55,131 bases of DNA from an uncultured Gemmatimonas sp. (GCA_964544905.1 CAZJEH010000001.1:1-55131); one strand, 5' to 3'; positions 9,545-19,934 are shown, counted from the stretch's first letter. The notes: generated by a model from the letters alone, not told the origin. A program made the numbers and translations.

Positions 9545-9809
9545 TGCGAGAGGTCTACGTAAGAGAGGAGCAGGGACTACGTCGCTTTGCGTATCCACGC
9601 CGCTGGCGGCGGGAGGTAGGATGCATAGCGTCGGTTAGGCGGCCGATGCCGGGTACGGCTGACTCGCCAGGACCTCGCAACTCCTCCTGCGATCCGCACG
9701 ATTCCTCCTCGCACCCTCACAAGCACTCCTCGACCTGGTCGAAGAGGATGGCGTGCCCGGCCGGCCCGACCGATCTCGGGGCCGGCCTTCCCTGTATCCC
9801 CAGAACACG

Positions 9810-12659
9810 ATGGCGATGAGAACGGTGACACTCGCCCGAGTAGTCTGGTGCGTGGCTGCGCTGTGCATCTTCCTCACCAGCCCCGGTCAGGCCCAAACGG
9901 GCTCGATTACCGGGCAGGTCCGGTCGGCGCAGACGCTGGCGCCTCTCCCGGCTGCCTTCGTCCAGGTCACGAGTCCATCTGGCGGCCGGATCACCGAGGT
10001 GATCGCGGACCAGACCGGCCGCTATTTCATACGCTCGATTCCCGCCGGTGAGTACTCGATCACGGTGTCGATGACCGGGTACGCGTCGGGGCGCCAGGAA
10101 GGGGTAAGCGTGGCCGAGGGGGCTACGACGACGGTCGACTTCGATCTCGTCGCGCAGGCCATCGACCTGGATCCCGTGGTCGTATCCGCGTCCCGTCGCC
10201 AGGAGCGGTCGCTGGATGCTCCGGCCCGAACGGAGGTCGTGAACGAGCAGGAAATCGAGGTCCGACCGGCGGTGACCCCCGTCGATCACCTCCGCGCCGT
10301 CACGGGTGTCGATATCGCGACGAGCGGGGTGCAGAGCGCGAACATCGTTACCCGCGGCTTCAACAACATCTTCTCGGGAGCGCTGTACACGCTCAGCGAT
10401 CACCGTATCGCGGCGGTTCCCTCGCTGAGGGTGAACCTGCTGCACTTCATCCCCACCACGAACGAGGACGTCGAGCGGATGGAGGTCGTGCTCGGCCCGG
10501 GTTCCGCCCTGTACGGCCCGAACAACGCCAACGGGGTGCTGCACATCCTCACCAAGTCTCCGCTAACCTCGCCCGGAACTTCGATCAGTGTGACGGGCGG
10601 AGAACGCGACCTCTTCCATGGGACGTTCCGGACGGCGCACCTCCTGGGCGAGAACCTCGGCGTGAAGGTCTCCGGGCAGTACCTCAGGGCCGACGAGTGG
10701 CGCTACGACGATCCGGTCGAAGCAGCCGAGCGCGCCAAGTTCGACAGCGATCCGGATTTCTGGCGGGCCGATCTCATGCGAGCGACCGGGATCAGCCAGG
10801 CCGAGGCCGACCTCCGGATTTCCCGCATCGCCCGGCGCGACTACGGCGTCGAGCGATGGGGAGGGGAAGTCCGAGCCGACTGGCGGCCGACGCCGGACAT
10901 GCTGACGGTGCTTTCCGGGGGGCTGACGAACGCGAACGGCATCGAGCTGACGGGGCTGGGCGCCGGGCAGGCAGTCGACTGGCGCTATGCCTTCGTCCAG
11001 GCCCGGACGAGCTGGCGCGACTTCTTCGCGCAGGCATACCTGAACTTTTCGGACGCAGGCGACTCGTATCTTCTGCGCGACGGGACCCCTGTCCGCGATC
11101 GCTCGCGTCTGTTCGTCGCGCAGGTGCAGCACGGCGTCAGCCTGCTCGACGGGGCGCAGCGGCTGACCTACGGCCTCGACCTCCTGCGCACCGTCCCCAT
11201 CACCGAAGGCACGATCAACGGGGTGTACGAGGAGGAGGACGAGACCACGGAGATCGGAGGTTACCTGCAGGCGGAAACCGAGATCACTCCCGAACTCGAG
11301 ATCGTCCTCGCCGGGCGGGTAGATCACCACTCGGTACTGCCCGACCCGATCTTCTCTCCGCGGGCGGCGATCGTCTTCACGCCCAATCAGGACCAGTCCT
11401 TGAGGCTGAGCTTCAACCGGGCATTTTCCACCCCGAACGCACTGACGCAGTTCCTCGACCTGGGCGCGCCCATTCCGATCGAGTCGGCGGCGCGACTGGG
11501 CTACAGCCTGCGCATCCAGGGAACGGGATCGGACGGGTTTTCGTTCGGCGATCCGGAGAGCTATCAGGTCCGGTCTCCGTTCGCTGATTTTGCCGGAATC
11601 CCGGGAGTGACCTCGGCGACCCTCCTCCCGCTTGCGCAGACCCGGGGCTTCTGGCCAGGCGCGGTGCAGGCGTTCGCCGCCGCGGCCGCGGGCCAGGGCT
11701 TCATTCTACCGCCGGAGCTGGTGCAGGCTCTCGCCACGCAGGTCAACGCCGAAGCCGTCGATCTCGACTACGTCCATCCGGCGCTGCAGAACGCACGCGG
11801 GCTGGTCAGCGAACTCGAGGTGCCCGACATTCCCCCGATCCGCGAGTCCACCTCGACAACGCTGGAGCTGGGCTACCAGGGTATCCTCGGGCGGCGGCTA
11901 CTCGTCGCTGCCGACGTGTGGTGGGCGCGCAGGGAGCAGCTGGTGACGCCGCTGACCATCAGCACGCCGTTCATTCACTTCAACGTCGAGACCGCTCTCC
12001 CGCAGGTGCAGACGGTGCTCGCGCAGTTCTACGAGCAGTCGGGCATGCCGGCGGACCAGGCCGCGGCGCTCGCGGCGCAGCAGGCGCCGGTGGTGGCGAA
12101 CGGCATCGGGCAGGTCCCCGTCGCGGTGATCTCGTCGCCCGACGTGAACGCCAACAGCGCGCAGCTCCTGATGACGTACTACAACGTCGATGACGAGTTG
12201 GACCTGTATGGGACCGACATCGCGCTCACCGCGCTGCTCACGAACAACTGGTCGGTGCAGGCTTCATTCTCGCTCGTCAGCGACGATGTGTTCGAGACCC
12301 GACGCGGAAGCCGCGTGACCCTCAATGCGCCCAAGCGGAAGGGAAGCCTGGCCGTCAGCTACCACAATGAGGGAATAGGGCTCGATGCGGAGGGCCGCGT
12401 TCGATACACGGCGAAGTATCCCGTCGACTCGGGCGTGTATCGTGGAACGGCATGCCTTGGCGATATCGGCTCCGGCGTCGAGCCGTGCGTCGATGCCTAC
12501 ACGCTGTTCGACGTATCGGCAGCGTACAGGATCCCCGGACTTCCGAACGCGGCCGTGCAGTTGGCCGTGCAGAACCTCCTCGACGAGGACTACCGCAGCT
12601 TCCCGGGAGTACCCAACGTGGGGCGGATGGCGCTCCTTCGGCTCCGGTACACGTTCTAG
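9810..12659 (+). CDS. TonB-dependent receptor with an N-terminal carboxypeptidase-regulatory-like domain
   Basis: Signal peptide MAMRTVTLARVVWCVAALCIFLTSPGQAQ. GSITGQV...GRYFIRSIPAGEYSITVSMTGY (CarboxypepD_reg-like). Plug motifs IVTRGFNN and ERMEVVLGPGSALYGPNNANGVLHILTK. C-terminal beta-barrel ending in LRYTF. Confidence 0.9.
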   Translation: MAMRTVTLARVVWCVAALCIFLTSPGQAQTGSITGQVRSAQTLAPLPAAFVQVTSPSGGRITEVIADQTGRYFIRSIPAGEYSITVSMTGYASGRQEGVSVAEGATTTVDFDLVAQAIDLDPVVVSASRRQERSLDAPARTEVVNEQEIEVRPAVTPVDHLRAVTGVDIATSGVQSANIVTRGFNNIFSGALYTLSDHRIAAVPSLRVNLLHFIPTTNEDVERMEVVLGPGSALYGPNNANGVLHILTKSPLTSPGTSISVTGGERDLFHGTFRTAHLLGENLGVKVSGQYLRADEWRYDDPVEAAERAKFDSDPDFWRADLMRATGISQAEADLRISRIARRDYGVERWGGEVRADWRPTPDMLTVLSGGLTNANGIELTGLGAGQAVDWRYAFVQARTSWRDFFAQAYLNFSDAGDSYLLRDGTPVRDRSRLFVAQVQHGVSLLDGAQRLTYGLDLLRTVPITEGTINGVYEEEDETTEIGGYLQAETEITPELEIVLAGRVDHHSVLPDPIFSPRAAIVFTPNQDQSLRLSFNRAFSTPNALTQFLDLGAPIPIESAARLGYSLRIQGTGSDGFSFGDPESYQVRSPFADFAGIPGVTSATLLPLAQTRGFWPGAVQAFAAAAAGQGFILPPELVQALATQVNAEAVDLDYVHPALQNARGLVSELEVPDIPPIRESTSTTLELGYQGILGRRLLVAADVWWARREQLVTPLTISTPFIHFNVETALPQVQTVLAQFYEQSGMPADQAAALAAQQAPVVANGIGQVPVAVISSPDVNANSAQLLMTYYNVDDELDLYGTDIALTALLTNNWSVQASFSLVSDDVFETRRGSRVTLNAPKRKGSLAVSYHNEGIGLDAEGRVRYTAKYPVDSGVYRGTACLGDIGSGVEPCVDAYTLFDVSAAYRIPGLPNAAVQLAVQNLLDEDYRSFPGVPNVGRMALLRLRYTF

Positions 12660-12844
12660 CGACGCGAGATCTGAAGGACGGAAGCGGACGGCGACATGCG
12701 CCGCCCCGATTCTGCCGGGAACGGCGCATCGCTTCTGGCCGGGCCGTCACAGGTGACCACGACGAGCCTTCCGACCCTCGACACCGGCCCCCCGATCACG
12801 TTACCATTCGCCTGCTCGAAATCGCTTTCACGACCTTCAGATAA

Positions 12845-14098
12845 ATGAGCATGGACTCCCTCGTCAGGACGGACCCCGAGATCCATCGTCTGCTCGGCGC
12901 TGAGGCCGAGAGACAGGCGGATCAGCTCGAGATGATCGCTTCGGAGAACTTCGTTTCGCCCGCCGTGCTCCAGGCGATGGGCAGCGTGCTCACGAACAAG
13001 TACGCCGAAGGGTATCCGGGGAAGCGCTACTACGGAGGCTGCGAGGTAGTCGACGAGGTCGAGCGTCTGGCCCAGAGCCGGTTGCTCGCGCTCTTCGGTG
13101 CCGATCACGCGAATGTGCAGCCGCACTCCGGCGCGCAGGCGAACATGGCCGCGTATTTCGCGTTCATGGAGCCCGGCGATACGCTGCTGGGGATGAACCT
13201 GTCCGAGGGCGGGCACCTGACGCATGGGTCCCCGGTGAACTTCAGCGGGCGGCTGTACAACGTCGTCGCGTACGGCGTCAGGTCGGACGATCATCGGATC
13301 GACTACGACCAGGTGCGATCCCTGGCGCGGGAGCACCGGCCGAAGGTGATCGTAGCGGGCGCCAGTGCCTATCCGAGGATCATCGATTTCGAGGCTTTCG
13401 CCGACGTCGCGCGGGAGGTCGGCGCGCGGCTGATCGTCGACATGGCCCACATCGCCGGGCTGGTGGCGGCCGGCCTGCATCCGAGTCCGGTGCCGTGGGC
13501 CGACGTCGTCACCTCGACGACCCATAAGACGCTGCGCGGGCCTCGCGGAGGGCTCATCCTCTGCAGGGAGGAGCACGCGAAAGCGATCGACAAGCAGATC
13601 TTCCCGGGAACCCAGGGAGGGCCTCTGATGCACGTGATCGCCGGTAAGGCGGTCGCCTTCCACGAGGCGCTCCAGCCGGAGTTCCGCGACTACGCGGCGC
13701 GGATCATCCGCAACGCACAGACGCTCGCGGAGGCGCTCATCGAACGCGGTTATCAACTGGTATCGGGCGGAACGGACAACCACCTCATGCTCGTCGACCT
13801 TCGCAACAAGGGAATCACCGGCAAGGACGCCGAGAAGACGCTCGAGCGAGCGGGGATCACGGTCAACACGAACACCGTCCCTGGCGAGACCGCGTCTCCG
13901 TTCGTCACCTCGGGCATTCGGATCGGGACGCCGGCGCTGACCACGCGAGGTCTTGGCGAGGCGGACATGAGGGAGATCGCTCGGTTGATCGACGAGGCAC
14001 TCACCGGGTCCGACGACGAGACCATCGGTCGGATTCGTGGCGAGATCCGCGAGTTGTGCGCTCGGTATCCGCTCTACGAGGAGTTCGCGCGGGCGTAG
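12845..14098 (+). CDS. glyA: Serine hydroxymethyltransferase
   Basis: [38 protein letters not shown] and [16 protein letters not shown] (PLP lysine). Confidence 0.96.
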   Translation: MSMDSLVRTDPEIHRLLGAEAERQADQLEMIASENFVSPAVLQAMGSVLTNKYAEGYPGKRYYGGCEVVDEVERLAQSRLLALFGADHANVQPHSGAQANMAAYFAFMEPGDTLLGMNLSEGGHLTHGSPVNFSGRLYNVVAYGVRSDDHRIDYDQVRSLAREHRPKVIVAGASAYPRIIDFEAFADVAREVGARLIVDMAHIAGLVAAGLHPSPVPWADVVTSTTHKTLRGPRGGLILCREEHAKAIDKQIFPGTQGGPLMHVIAGKAVAFHEALQPEFRDYAARIIRNAQTLAEALIERGYQLVSGGTDNHLMLVDLRNKGITGKDAEKTLERAGITVNTNTVPGETASPFVTSGIRIGTPALTTRGLGEADMREIARLIDEALTGSDDETIGRIRGEIRELCARYPLYEEFARA

Positions 14099-14138
14099 CA
14101 GCACAGCAGAACGGGTCGACGGCCCGGTCTGCTGCTGC
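14098..14138 (+). terminator. Imperfect GC-rich stem-loop just after the glyA stop (possible U-tract-less terminator)
   Basis: gcagcacagcagaacggg / cccggtctgctgctgc form about 15 bp with one 2-nt bulge and one mismatch. No T-run follows. Confidence 0.3.
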
Positions 14139-14332
14139 CCGAGCGACGCCGGCCCCTCGCACTTCCGCGCTCGGTCGCGCAACAACGCCGAGCGAGGGCG
14201 GTGCCCCGGCGAACCCTCGCTGTCGTGGGCGGGTACGTGGCGACCAGATCCGCGAGAAAAGCTCGAGTTGAACCCGGTCGCCGCGCAGATCGACAGCTCC
14301 GAGGCGTGAGAAGTTGTAACCCCAGAGGCAGG

Positions 14333-15712
14333 ATGAGGAAGGCCTACATCGAGACGTACGGATGTCAGATGAACATCAGCGATACGGAGCTGATGCAGGG
14401 CATCCTTGCGGAACGGGGTTACGAGATCACGGACTCGCCGGAAGACGCGGACGTGATCCTGGTGAACACCTGCGCGATCAGGGATCACGCGGAACAACGG
14501 GTGATCGGACGCGTCGGCCAGCTGCAGCAGTTCCGGGAGTCCCGACCGGATCTGATCATCGGGGTCACCGGCTGTATGGCGCAGCGAATGGGCGATGAAC
14601 TGCTCGGGATGGCAGGTGGAGTCGACCTGGTGATGGGGCCCGACGCCTACCGTCAGCTTCCCGAAGCGATCGAAGCCGCGCGGCCGACCTTGACGGCCCC
14701 GCGTGCCCGGAGCCTCCCGGTCCTGGATGCACAGCGAGGATCCACGCCGGGGCTCAGCGTTCTCACCTTCGATCCGTTCGAGAACTACGAGGGAATACGT
14801 CCCCGACGAGTTTCGGCGGTTTCGGCGTGGGTACCGGTCCAGCGTGGCTGCGATTACCGCTGCACCTACTGCATCGTCCCCTACGTGCGGGGCCCCGAGA
14901 AGAATCGGGACCCACGCGAGATCCTGCGAGAGGTGCATGAGCTGGCGGATGCCGGCGTGCCGGAAATCGTGCTGCTTGGCCAGACCGTAAACTCCTACCA
15001 GCACGGTGATTGGAACTTCGCCAGGCTGCTTCGCGCCGTCGCGAGCGTGTCGGGAGTTCGGCGGGTTCGGTTCACATCACCTCACCCGAACGACTTCACC
15101 CGGGAGCTCGCGGAGGTGATGGCCAGCGAGACCTCCGTCTGCAAGCAGCTCCATCTGCCCGTACAGTCCGGCCACGACCGGACGCTGAAGCGGATGCTCC
15201 GTCGCTACACGGTGGCGGAGTACCTGGAGAAGATCGACTGGGTACGGGAAGCGATCCCGGACATCGCGCTGTCGACCGACGTAATCGTCGCGTTCCCGGG
15301 CGAAACGGACGAAGAGTACGAGGCGACACTTGACCTGATGCGGCGCGTCCGGTTCGATGACGCGTTCATGTACCGCTACTCCCCGCGCGAGGGGACACCG
15401 GCGACGAGGCTTCCGCGAGAGCAGTTCATCGACGACGAGATCGCGCATTCCCGCCTCGAGCGGCTGATCGCGCTGCAGCGGGAGATTCAGCTGGAGATCA
15501 ACCGAGCCGAGCTCGGCCGAACGGTCGAGGTTCTCGTCGAGAAGGAAGCACGGCGTGGAGGGTTACAGGGCAGGACCGAGGGGAACAAGGTGGTCGTCTT
15601 CGAGGGCGACCCTTCATGGATCGGACGGTTCGTCGACGTGCAGTTGACCTCGACAACCGGAGCTACGTTCGGCGGCGTGATCGCTGGCGAAGCCCTGGAA
15701 CAGGTGGCATGA
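14333..15712 (+). CDS. miaB: tRNA (N6-isopentenyl adenosine(37)-C2)-methylthiotransferase MiaB
   Basis: MRKAYIETYGCQMN N-terminus, radical-SAM CDYRCTYCIVP, C-terminal TRAM-like region. ATG 14333 is preceded by a GAGGCAGG Shine-Dalgarno-like element. Confidence 0.93.
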   Translation: MRKAYIETYGCQMNISDTELMQGILAERGYEITDSPEDADVILVNTCAIRDHAEQRVIGRVGQLQQFRESRPDLIIGVTGCMAQRMGDELLGMAGGVDLVMGPDAYRQLPEAIEAARPTLTAPRARSLPVLDAQRGSTPGLSVLTFDPFENYEGIRPRRVSAVSAWVPVQRGCDYRCTYCIVPYVRGPEKNRDPREILREVHELADAGVPEIVLLGQTVNSYQHGDWNFARLLRAVASVSGVRRVRFTSPHPNDFTRELAEVMASETSVCKQLHLPVQSGHDRTLKRMLRRYTVAEYLEKIDWVREAIPDIALSTDVIVAFPGETDEEYEATLDLMRRVRFDDAFMYRYSPREGTPATRLPREQFIDDEIAHSRLERLIALQREIQLEINRAELGRTVEVLVEKEARRGGLQGRTEGNKVVVFEGDPSWIGRFVDVQLTSTTGATFGGVIAGEALEQVA

Positions 15713-15743
15713 GGAAGGGGTCAGGAGGGCGCCGAGCCCGTCG

Positions 15744-16058
15744 GTGGCGATGAGGGGGCACGACACCGGCGGCTGGGGCCGCTGGTTTGCCGTGTCGGTG
15801 CTCGTTGCCGTGGCCGCAATTTTCTCCTTCCTCAATGCCGGGGAGCGGGTGTCGATCGACGTCGGTTTCACCACCCTGTACCGGATCTCGCTCGTCGGTC
15901 TGGTGTTCGGTTCCTTCCTCCTCGGCATGGTAGCGATGTTCCTTTTCGGTCTTCGGCACGACCGCCGGGTCCGGGAAGCGCTTCGCCAGCGCGAGGCGCG
16001 CGAACGCCGAGCCGATTTCTTCATCGAACGACGCAGAACGGAGGAACCGCCTATTTGA
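15744..16058 (+). CDS. LapA-domain (DUF1049-like) small inner-membrane protein
   Basis: Two TM segments (WFAVSVLVAVAAIFSFL; LVGLVFGSFLLGMVAMFLFGL) followed by a basic tail RHDRRVREALRQREARERR. Confidence 0.6.
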   Translation: MAMRGHDTGGWGRWFAVSVLVAVAAIFSFLNAGERVSIDVGFTTLYRISLVGLVFGSFLLGMVAMFLFGLRHDRRVREALRQREARERRADFFIERRRTEEPPI

Positions 16059-18400
16059 ACCAGTTCCGGCGCCCACTCGTAGTGGCGCTGCTCGCCTTCC
16101 TCACCGGCCTCCTTCCCGCGCTTCGATTCTCCCTACCGCTCGGCCTCCCGCTCATCGGGTTCGCCAGTCTCCTCCTACTCGCTCTCGGGAACCGAACGCG
16201 TAGGCGAAGCGCTGCACGGGCGGACGGCTGGACGCTGCTCCTGCTCATGGCCGGCGCGGGCAGCGTCGCAGGCACGTTCGCACGCCTCGACGCAGCGGGA
16301 GACTGCCGGGCGCTGCTGGCCGATGACGCGCGAGTGGAGGTTCGCGGAGTGCTCGGTGCCGCGCATCGTGCCGGCGCTGCCGGGGCCGGCTCGCCGCGCC
16401 TCCCTCTCGAGGCTTCCTCGATCGGTGGGTTCCCCGGCTGCACCGGCGAGGTCCGCGTGCGCATGCCGCCGGGCGAGCCGGATCTGCCTCCCGGCAGCGT
16501 GCTGACCGTGACCGGTCGCTGGCGCGAGTACATCCCGGCCGAAGGCTCCAGCCCCTGGCCAGCCGATCCGCGCTATCACGGGTTCGTGATCGCCGACAGC
16601 GTCATCGTGGATGCGAACTCCGCCGCGGACAGCCCTTTCTGGCTTCGCGTCCGAGCCCGGGCCGATGCGCACATGGCGGAGTTGTTCCCCGAGCATCAAC
16701 CGATGGTCGAGGGTCTCCTCCTCGGTCGCCGCGAGTACATGGATCGGGAGATGGTAGACCGGTTCGCGCGTGCCGGACTTTCGCACCTGCTCGCCATATC
16801 CGGAACGCACGTTGGACTCCTGGCCGCGGCATTCCTGCTCATCGGGGCCGTCCTGCGGATACCTCGACGGCGGGCGATCTACGCGACGCTGGTCGCGACC
16901 TGGAGCTATCTGGCCATGATCGGTGCCGAGCCGTCGGCAATCCGATCGGGTGTGATGCTGACCCTCGGGCTGTTCGCGTTCATCCTGCAGCGCCCGTCGG
17001 CGGCTCTGGCGATCATGGCCGCGGCAGCGTTCGTCATCCTCGGCCGGGACCCGCTCACCATTCTGAACGCCGGGTTCCAGCTTTCGTTCGCGGGGGTTCT
17101 GAGCCTTGTACTGCTGCGCGCCCCGATGCTGCGGGTCGTCCCACGCCGGCTGCTGGTCAACAGCCCTTTCCGCGCCCCCATCGAGGGGATCGCTATCAGC
17201 ATCGCCGCGTTCATCTTCACCGCGCCGATCGTCGCGCACCATTTCGGGATGGTGGCCCCGATCTCCATCCTGGCGAACCTGCCGGCCATCCCGCTGAGCA
17301 GCCTCGCGCTGGTGGGCGCCGCGCTAGCGCTTGTCATGCACCCGCTCGTTCCGCCGCTGGCAGCGCTGATCGCCGACGGGACCGGCGTCGTCCTCGACGC
17401 GTTCGACCTGACGGCCACACTCGCCACCGCGGTACCCTACGGGCACGGTCCAGTGGGTCCCCCTCCCTGGTGGACATGGCTCGTCGCCTCTGCCGTCGGT
17501 CTCGGCGCTGCGCGCCTCCTGCGCAGCCGCTCCCCTCGCCTGCGGTGGATCTGCGGTATCGGTGCTACAGTTGTCACGCTGGTGATATGGCCCCTGCTCC
17601 CCGGGTCGCCCGCCCGTGGGCTCGAGGTGCATTTCATCGATGTCGGACAGGGGGATGCCATCGCGCTCCGCACGCCGGGGGATCGCTGGATCCTCATCGA
17701 CGGCGGCCCGGCCACAGAGGGCTACGACGCCGGCGAGAAACGCGTCGTTCCCTTCCTCCGCTCGCGAGGTGCCCGCCGCATCGAAGCCCTCATCGTCACC
17801 CATCCCGATCTGGACCACATCGGAGGTGTCGCCGCTGTGATGAGGGCGTTTCCGGTCGCCCACGTCCTCGAGCCCGGCCTCGCGGTGGGAAAAGGGTCGT
17901 ACCTGGAGTTCCTCGACGAGATCGAGCGCGGGAGGAGCCGATGGTTGGCCGCCCGAACGGGACGGAGGCTGGAGCTCGACGGGGTCCGGATGGCGTTCCT
18001 CTGGCCGGACCCGGACAAAGTTGACGCTCCTGACGATCCGAACCAGATTAGTGCAATAGTGAGGGTGACTTACGGCGATTTCGACCTCCTTCTCACAGGC
18101 GACGCCGGTGCCGAGGTCGAAGAACTGCTCGTCGCGCGACATGGGCGCGAGCTCGCTTCCGAAGTGCTGAAGCTCGGCCACCACGGAAGCGATACTTCGA
18201 CATCTGAGGGCTTCCTCGCGGCAGTCGGCCCGGAACTGGCTGTCGTGTCAGCCGGTCGGAGGAATCGCTACGGTCACCCATCCCCATCCGTGCTGGCACG
18301 CGTTCAGCAATACGATGTGCCGGTCGCCCGGACGGATCGCGAAGGGACCGTGAGCATTCGGGTCACCGCAGGCGGCCACTGGTCCCGCGAAGAATGGTGA
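16055..18400 (+). CDS. comEC: DNA internalization-related competence protein ComEC/Rec2 (competence domain plus MBL domain)
   Basis: 781 aa. Polytopic core with LSHLLAISGTHVGLLA. C-terminal MBL domain HFIDVGQGDAIAL, THPDLDHIGG, LKLGHHGSDTS, RYGHPSP. TTGA overlap with the upstream gene. Confidence 0.9.
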   Translation: MNQFRRPLVVALLAFLTGLLPALRFSLPLGLPLIGFASLLLLALGNRTRRRSAARADGWTLLLLMAGAGSVAGTFARLDAAGDCRALLADDARVEVRGVLGAAHRAGAAGAGSPRLPLEASSIGGFPGCTGEVRVRMPPGEPDLPPGSVLTVTGRWREYIPAEGSSPWPADPRYHGFVIADSVIVDANSAADSPFWLRVRARADAHMAELFPEHQPMVEGLLLGRREYMDREMVDRFARAGLSHLLAISGTHVGLLAAAFLLIGAVLRIPRRRAIYATLVATWSYLAMIGAEPSAIRSGVMLTLGLFAFILQRPSAALAIMAAAAFVILGRDPLTILNAGFQLSFAGVLSLVLLRAPMLRVVPRRLLVNSPFRAPIEGIAISIAAFIFTAPIVAHHFGMVAPISILANLPAIPLSSLALVGAALALVMHPLVPPLAALIADGTGVVLDAFDLTATLATAVPYGHGPVGPPPWWTWLVASAVGLGAARLLRSRSPRLRWICGIGATVVTLVIWPLLPGSPARGLEVHFIDVGQGDAIALRTPGDRWILIDGGPATEGYDAGEKRVVPFLRSRGARRIEALIVTHPDLDHIGGVAAVMRAFPVAHVLEPGLAVGKGSYLEFLDEIERGRSRWLAARTGRRLELDGVRMAFLWPDPDKVDAPDDPNQISAIVRVTYGDFDLLLTGDAGAEVEELLVARHGRELASEVLKLGHHGSDTSTSEGFLAAVGPELAVVSAGRRNRYGHPSPSVLARVQQYDVPVARTDREGTVSIRVTAGGHWSREEW

Positions 18401-18403
18401 ATC

Positions 18404-18784
18404 TTGTTCGAACGGCTGGCAAAGCTGGTCCTCGGTGAACGCGTCACCGTTCCCGAGGAGCTCCCTCCCGAATCGCTCCCTGGCGGGATCACCATCCGCC
18501 GTGGTCGGCTGGTTCCGGTCATCGGTGGTATTCTCGGTCGGATGCGCGGTCCTGCCGCGGCTGTTACGCTGCGGCGGACAATCGTACTGAATCCCAAAGC
18601 GCGGCTCACGCCCGCTCTCCTGGCGCACGAGCTGACTCACGTCCGACAGTGGCAGCAGGACCCTCTGTTCCCGATCCGGTACTCGCTGGCGACGCTACGC
18701 CACGGGTACCACAACAACCCCTACGAGGTGGAGGCCCGCACGCTCGCGAGCGAGCTCACCTCCTCTCGTCGGGAAACCGTTTGA
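18404..18784 (+). CDS. Small DUF4157-like protein with an HExxH motif
   Basis: 126 aa, TTG start 3 nt after the comEC stop. LLAHELTHVRQWQQ closely resembles the DUF4157 signature (LLAHELtHVvQQ) as I remember it. Confidence 0.55.
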   Translation: MFERLAKLVLGERVTVPEELPPESLPGGITIRRGRLVPVIGGILGRMRGPAAAVTLRRTIVLNPKARLTPALLAHELTHVRQWQQDPLFPIRYSLATLRHGYHNNPYEVEARTLASELTSSRRETV

Positions 18785-18788
18785 GAGC

Positions 18789-19829
18789 ATGGAGAGATCT
18801 GTAGTCACCATCGAACGACACATCGTCGAGGAAGAGCGACAGTTCCCGGAAGCAACGGGTGCGCTGAGCAACATCCTCTACGACCTCGCGCTGGCCGCGA
18901 AGATGATCACGCGCGAGGTACGCCGGGCCGGACTGGTGGACATCATCGGGAAGACCGGCGCGGTCAACGTGCACGGCGACCAGGTGAAGAAGCTGGACGA
19001 GTATGCCGACGATGTCATCTTCCGCGCCCTGGACCACTGCGGTCATCTCTGCGTGATGGCGTCGGAGGAGGGCGAGGGCATCCGTCCCATCCCCGAGAAG
19101 TTCAAGACAGGCAACTACGCACTCCTCTACGACCCGCTCGACGGCTCGTCGAACATCGATGCGAACATCTCGATCGGGACGATCTTCTCGATCCACCGGA
19201 AGGTGAGCAAAGGCCCCCGGGGAACGCTCGAGGACTGCCTGCAGAAGGGGCGACGCCAGGTCGCGGCTGGGTACGTCCTCTACGGGTCGTCGACGATGCT
19301 GGTCTACACGACCGGTAATGGTGTGCACGGGTTCACGCTCGATCCGTCGATCGGCGAGTTCATCCTGTCGCATCCGAGGATGCGGATCCCGTCACCCGGG
19401 CAGCGCATCTACAGCGTCAACGAGGGGAACTATCTCCGGTGGTCGATCCAGCAGCGGCAGCTCATAGACTACCTCAAAGGCGTGGATGGGAAGAACCCGA
19501 AGCCGTTCAGCGCCCGCTACGTGGGATCGATGGTTGCCGACGTCCACCGGACGCTGCTGTACGGTGGGCTGTTCATGTACCCGGGCGACGTCGATCACCC
19601 GAAGGGCAAGCTCCGGCTGCTGTACGAAGCGTCGCCGATGGCGATGATCATGGAACAGGCCGGCGGCCGCGCGACGAATGGAGAGCAGGATATCCTCGAC
19701 GTCCAGCCGCAGGCGCTCCACGAGACGACGCCGCTTTTCCTCGGGTCGCCGGAGTGCATGGAGATCGCGGACCGGTTCCTGATGCCGAGCCCTCGCCCCA
19801 TGCACGCGATGGCCGGCGAAGCGGGCTGA
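18789..19829 (+). CDS. fbp: Class 1 fructose-1,6-bisphosphatase
   Basis: LYDPLDGSSNIDANISIGTIFSI, YVLYGSSTMLVYT, ARYVGSMVADVHRTLLYGGLFMYP, GKLRLLYEASPMAMIMEQAGG. Confidence 0.94.
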   Translation: MERSVVTIERHIVEEERQFPEATGALSNILYDLALAAKMITREVRRAGLVDIIGKTGAVNVHGDQVKKLDEYADDVIFRALDHCGHLCVMASEEGEGIRPIPEKFKTGNYALLYDPLDGSSNIDANISIGTIFSIHRKVSKGPRGTLEDCLQKGRRQVAAGYVLYGSSTMLVYTTGNGVHGFTLDPSIGEFILSHPRMRIPSPGQRIYSVNEGNYLRWSIQQRQLIDYLKGVDGKNPKPFSARYVGSMVADVHRTLLYGGLFMYPGDVDHPKGKLRLLYEASPMAMIMEQAGGRATNGEQDILDVQPQALHETTPLFLGSPECMEIADRFLMPSPRPMHAMAGEAG

Positions 19830-19853
19830 CCTCAGCCGGCGGTCGTGAATGCG

Positions 19854-19881
19854 GAAGGGCGCGGCGATGTCCGCGCCCTTC
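19854..19881. terminator. Stem-loop between the convergent genes fbp and pruA (likely bidirectional terminator)
   Basis: gaagggcgcgg-cgatgt-ccgcgcccttc: an 11-bp perfect stem with a 6-nt loop, in the 105-nt convergent intergenic region. Confidence 0.55.
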
Positions 19882-19934
19882 GTGCTTCTTGCGACTCGAC
19901 GGTCGTTCTCGTCCCGCCAGCCGAGTGCCGGGTG

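Noticed and set aside
12660-12844. ZTP or THF riboswitch upstream of glyA. The segment CTGGCC...CAGGTGACCACG vaguely recalls the ZTP 5-prime domain.
   Set aside because: GGTGACCAC cannot form the required hairpin because it has no loop. No CCGCCUGGGC-like 3-prime pseudoknot element is present. The 8-bp hairpin at about 12697-12730 is more simply a terminator or attenuator of the upstream receptor gene.
12656-15004. Very long antisense ORFs. These are 782 aa at 12656-15004 (minus), 462 aa at 5637-7025 (minus), 605 aa at 43157-44974 (minus), 629 aa at 47375-49264 (minus), 710 aa at 51750-53882 (minus), 544 aa at 38998-40632 (plus) and 464 aa at 20658-22052 (plus).
   Set aside because: All lie opposite genes with unmistakable family signatures (glyA/miaB, bioY/CPBP, glmS, ccmF, purD and others). 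Their translations are Arg/Pro/Gly/Asp-rich low-complexity strings, typical of stop-poor shadow frames in high-GC DNA.
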